From: an uncultured delta proteobacterium
GTDB lineage: Bacteria > Desulfobacterota > Binatia > UBA9968
Length of the DNA stretch: 64,000 nt
Assembly (NCBI GenBank): GCA_963745835.1
Contig: CAVUZH010000023.1
Span: 1-64,000, forward strand
Direction of reading: 5' to 3'
A program made the position numbers and the translations under genes. Positions 62,710-64,000 of this stretch are shown here, piece by piece. A model generated the notes under the pieces. That model was not told where the DNA came from. It searched no databases and worked only from the letters and a program-made list of their open reading frames with translations. Each line of letters begins with the position of its first letter. Within the stretch, counting starts at the first letter, position 1.

Positions 62710-63909
62710 ATGCCGACGAATGTCATCATGCCCGCCCTCGGCGTAGCCCAAGAAAAAGGCACGCTGATCAACTGGCTCAAGTCCGAAGGTCAGACAGTGA
62801 GCAAAGGCGAGCCGCTGATGGAGGTCGAGACGGACAAGGCAACCGTCGAGATCGAAGCGGTGGCTTCGGGGATTCTAGCTAATGTGACCGCTAGCGCTGG
62901 TGACGAAGTGCCGGTGGGTCACACTATCGCGCTGATCTTGGCGCCGGGCGAAACTGTACCGGAACCAGCGACTGCGTCATCATCCTCCTCAGTAAAAGAA
63001 ATTTCTCCACAAGCATCTGCCGAGTCTAAGATCGAGGATAGAACTGAAACTCCAAACCCTACGCCGCGAATTCCAGGCTCACGCATTTTAGCCTCACCGG
63101 CAGCCAGGAGAATCGCGCGCGAGGAAGGGATCGATCTCGGAGCCTTGAACGGTAGCGGTCCGGAGGGCAGCGTGCTGATCGCGGATGTCCGGCGGGCCAA
63201 AGAAAAACCAACGCTTGAACCGGAAATTGCGCAGCGGGTCAGCCGGCTGGTACCGCTCAGCCCGATGCGCCGGATTGTCGGCGAGCGCATGACCCAAAGC
63301 AAACAGCGCGCGCCGCACTTCTATATCAGCATGGATATCGACATGACGGCCATTGTCGGGATGAGAAATAGATGGAAGCAGCGCGGAGACACAACACTTC
63401 CATCAATCAACGATTTTATCTTGAGCGCCTGCGCCAATACCTTGAAAGATTTCCCTGTCGTGAATGCACGATTTACCCACGACGGAATCGAGTATTTGCC
63501 AGAGATCAACATCGGCATGGCGGTGGCTCTCGAAGAAGGTCTCGTGGTACCGGTCATTCGTAATGCCGACCGGCTGAGCCTGGGCGACTTGGCGCAACAG
63601 AGCCGGCAACTGTCTGATAAAGCACAACACAAGAAATTATTGCCCTTCGATTACGAAGGCGGAACTTTCACGGTCTCCAACCTCGGCATGCTCGGCGTCG
63701 ACAATTTCGTCGCGATCATCAATCCGCCGCAATGCGCTATTCTCGCGGTGGGCCGCGTTGCGCCGCGTGCCGTCGCCGATGACGTCGGCATCGCGGTGCG
63801 ATCGATGATGACCGCCACATTGTCCGCCGATCATCGCATCGTCGATGGAGCGATCGCCGCGCGCTTCCTGGCGGATTTCAAGCGACGCATGGAAAACCCT
63901 GATCGTTGA
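62710..63909 (+). CDS. Dihydrolipoamide acyltransferase E2
   Basis: Lipoyl ETDKA, ASPAARRIA E3-binding domain, GGTFTVSNLG, ADHRIVDG. Confidence 0.94.
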   Translation: MPTNVIMPALGVAQEKGTLINWLKSEGQTVSKGEPLMEVETDKATVEIEAVASGILANVTASAGDEVPVGHTIALILAPGETVPEPATASSSSSVKEISPQASAESKIEDRTETPNPTPRIPGSRILASPAARRIAREEGIDLGALNGSGPEGSVLIADVRRAKEKPTLEPEIAQRVSRLVPLSPMRRIVGERMTQSKQRAPHFYISMDIDMTAIVGMRNRWKQRGDTTLPSINDFILSACANTLKDFPVVNARFTHDGIEYLPEINIGMAVALEEGLVVPVIRNADRLSLGDLAQQSRQLSDKAQHKKLLPFDYEGGTFTVSNLGMLGVDNFVAIINPPQCAILAVGRVAPRAVADDVGIAVRSMMTATLSADHRIVDGAIAARFLADFKRRMENPDR

Positions 63910-63916
63910 TTTTCGC

Positions 63917-64000
63917 ATGACCCGGATCGTCATTCGAAATCTCACCAAGACTTACAGCGGTGGCAATGTCGTCGCCCTGCAAAACATCAATATTGACATT
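63917..64000 (+). CDS. ABC transporter ATP-binding protein, N-terminal fragment (runs off window)
   Basis: MTRIVIRNLTKTYSGGNVVALQNINIDI. Confidence 0.7.
   Translation, partial: MTRIVIRNLTKTYSGGNVVALQNINIDI

Overview
GC-rich bacterial chromosomal window. The many NitT/TauT (NMT1-like) binding proteins and the intergenic repeats suggest Candidatus Binatia/Binatota or a related deltaproteobacterium (inference). Single-base indels split many otherwise intact genes, especially at 49.5-59 kb, and are probably long-read assembly errors. Contents in order: (1) a STAS fragment, an amidohydrolase fused to a CxxCH cytochrome c domain, and an ABC importer operon with a double-domain binding protein and a long STAS protein; (2) TauD, an alpha/beta hydrolase, TauE, and a minus-strand redox/stress cluster (NmrA, cupins, VOC, ZIP, msrA/msrB, epoxide hydrolase); (3) several ABC transporters and catabolic enzymes; (4) a decayed ~4 kb AT-richer island bounded by a 14-bp direct repeat, carrying broken PIN and zinc-ribbon/NDT(TIR-like) genes; (5) glnE, an orphan lpxA and yacG; (6) an aldehyde:ferredoxin oxidoreductase divergent from a selenocysteine formate dehydrogenase operon (UGA plus SECIS) with NrfD and FdhE; (7) an oxidoreductase/E1a/E1b/M24/E2 catabolic operon. 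Every internal junction of the last operon holds a palindromic short-tandem-repeat element or MITE. One of these carries a four-helix-bundle gene and sits between an apparent Shine-Dalgarno and the E1b start codon. No rRNA, tRNA, CRISPR array or intact transposase/integrase was seen.
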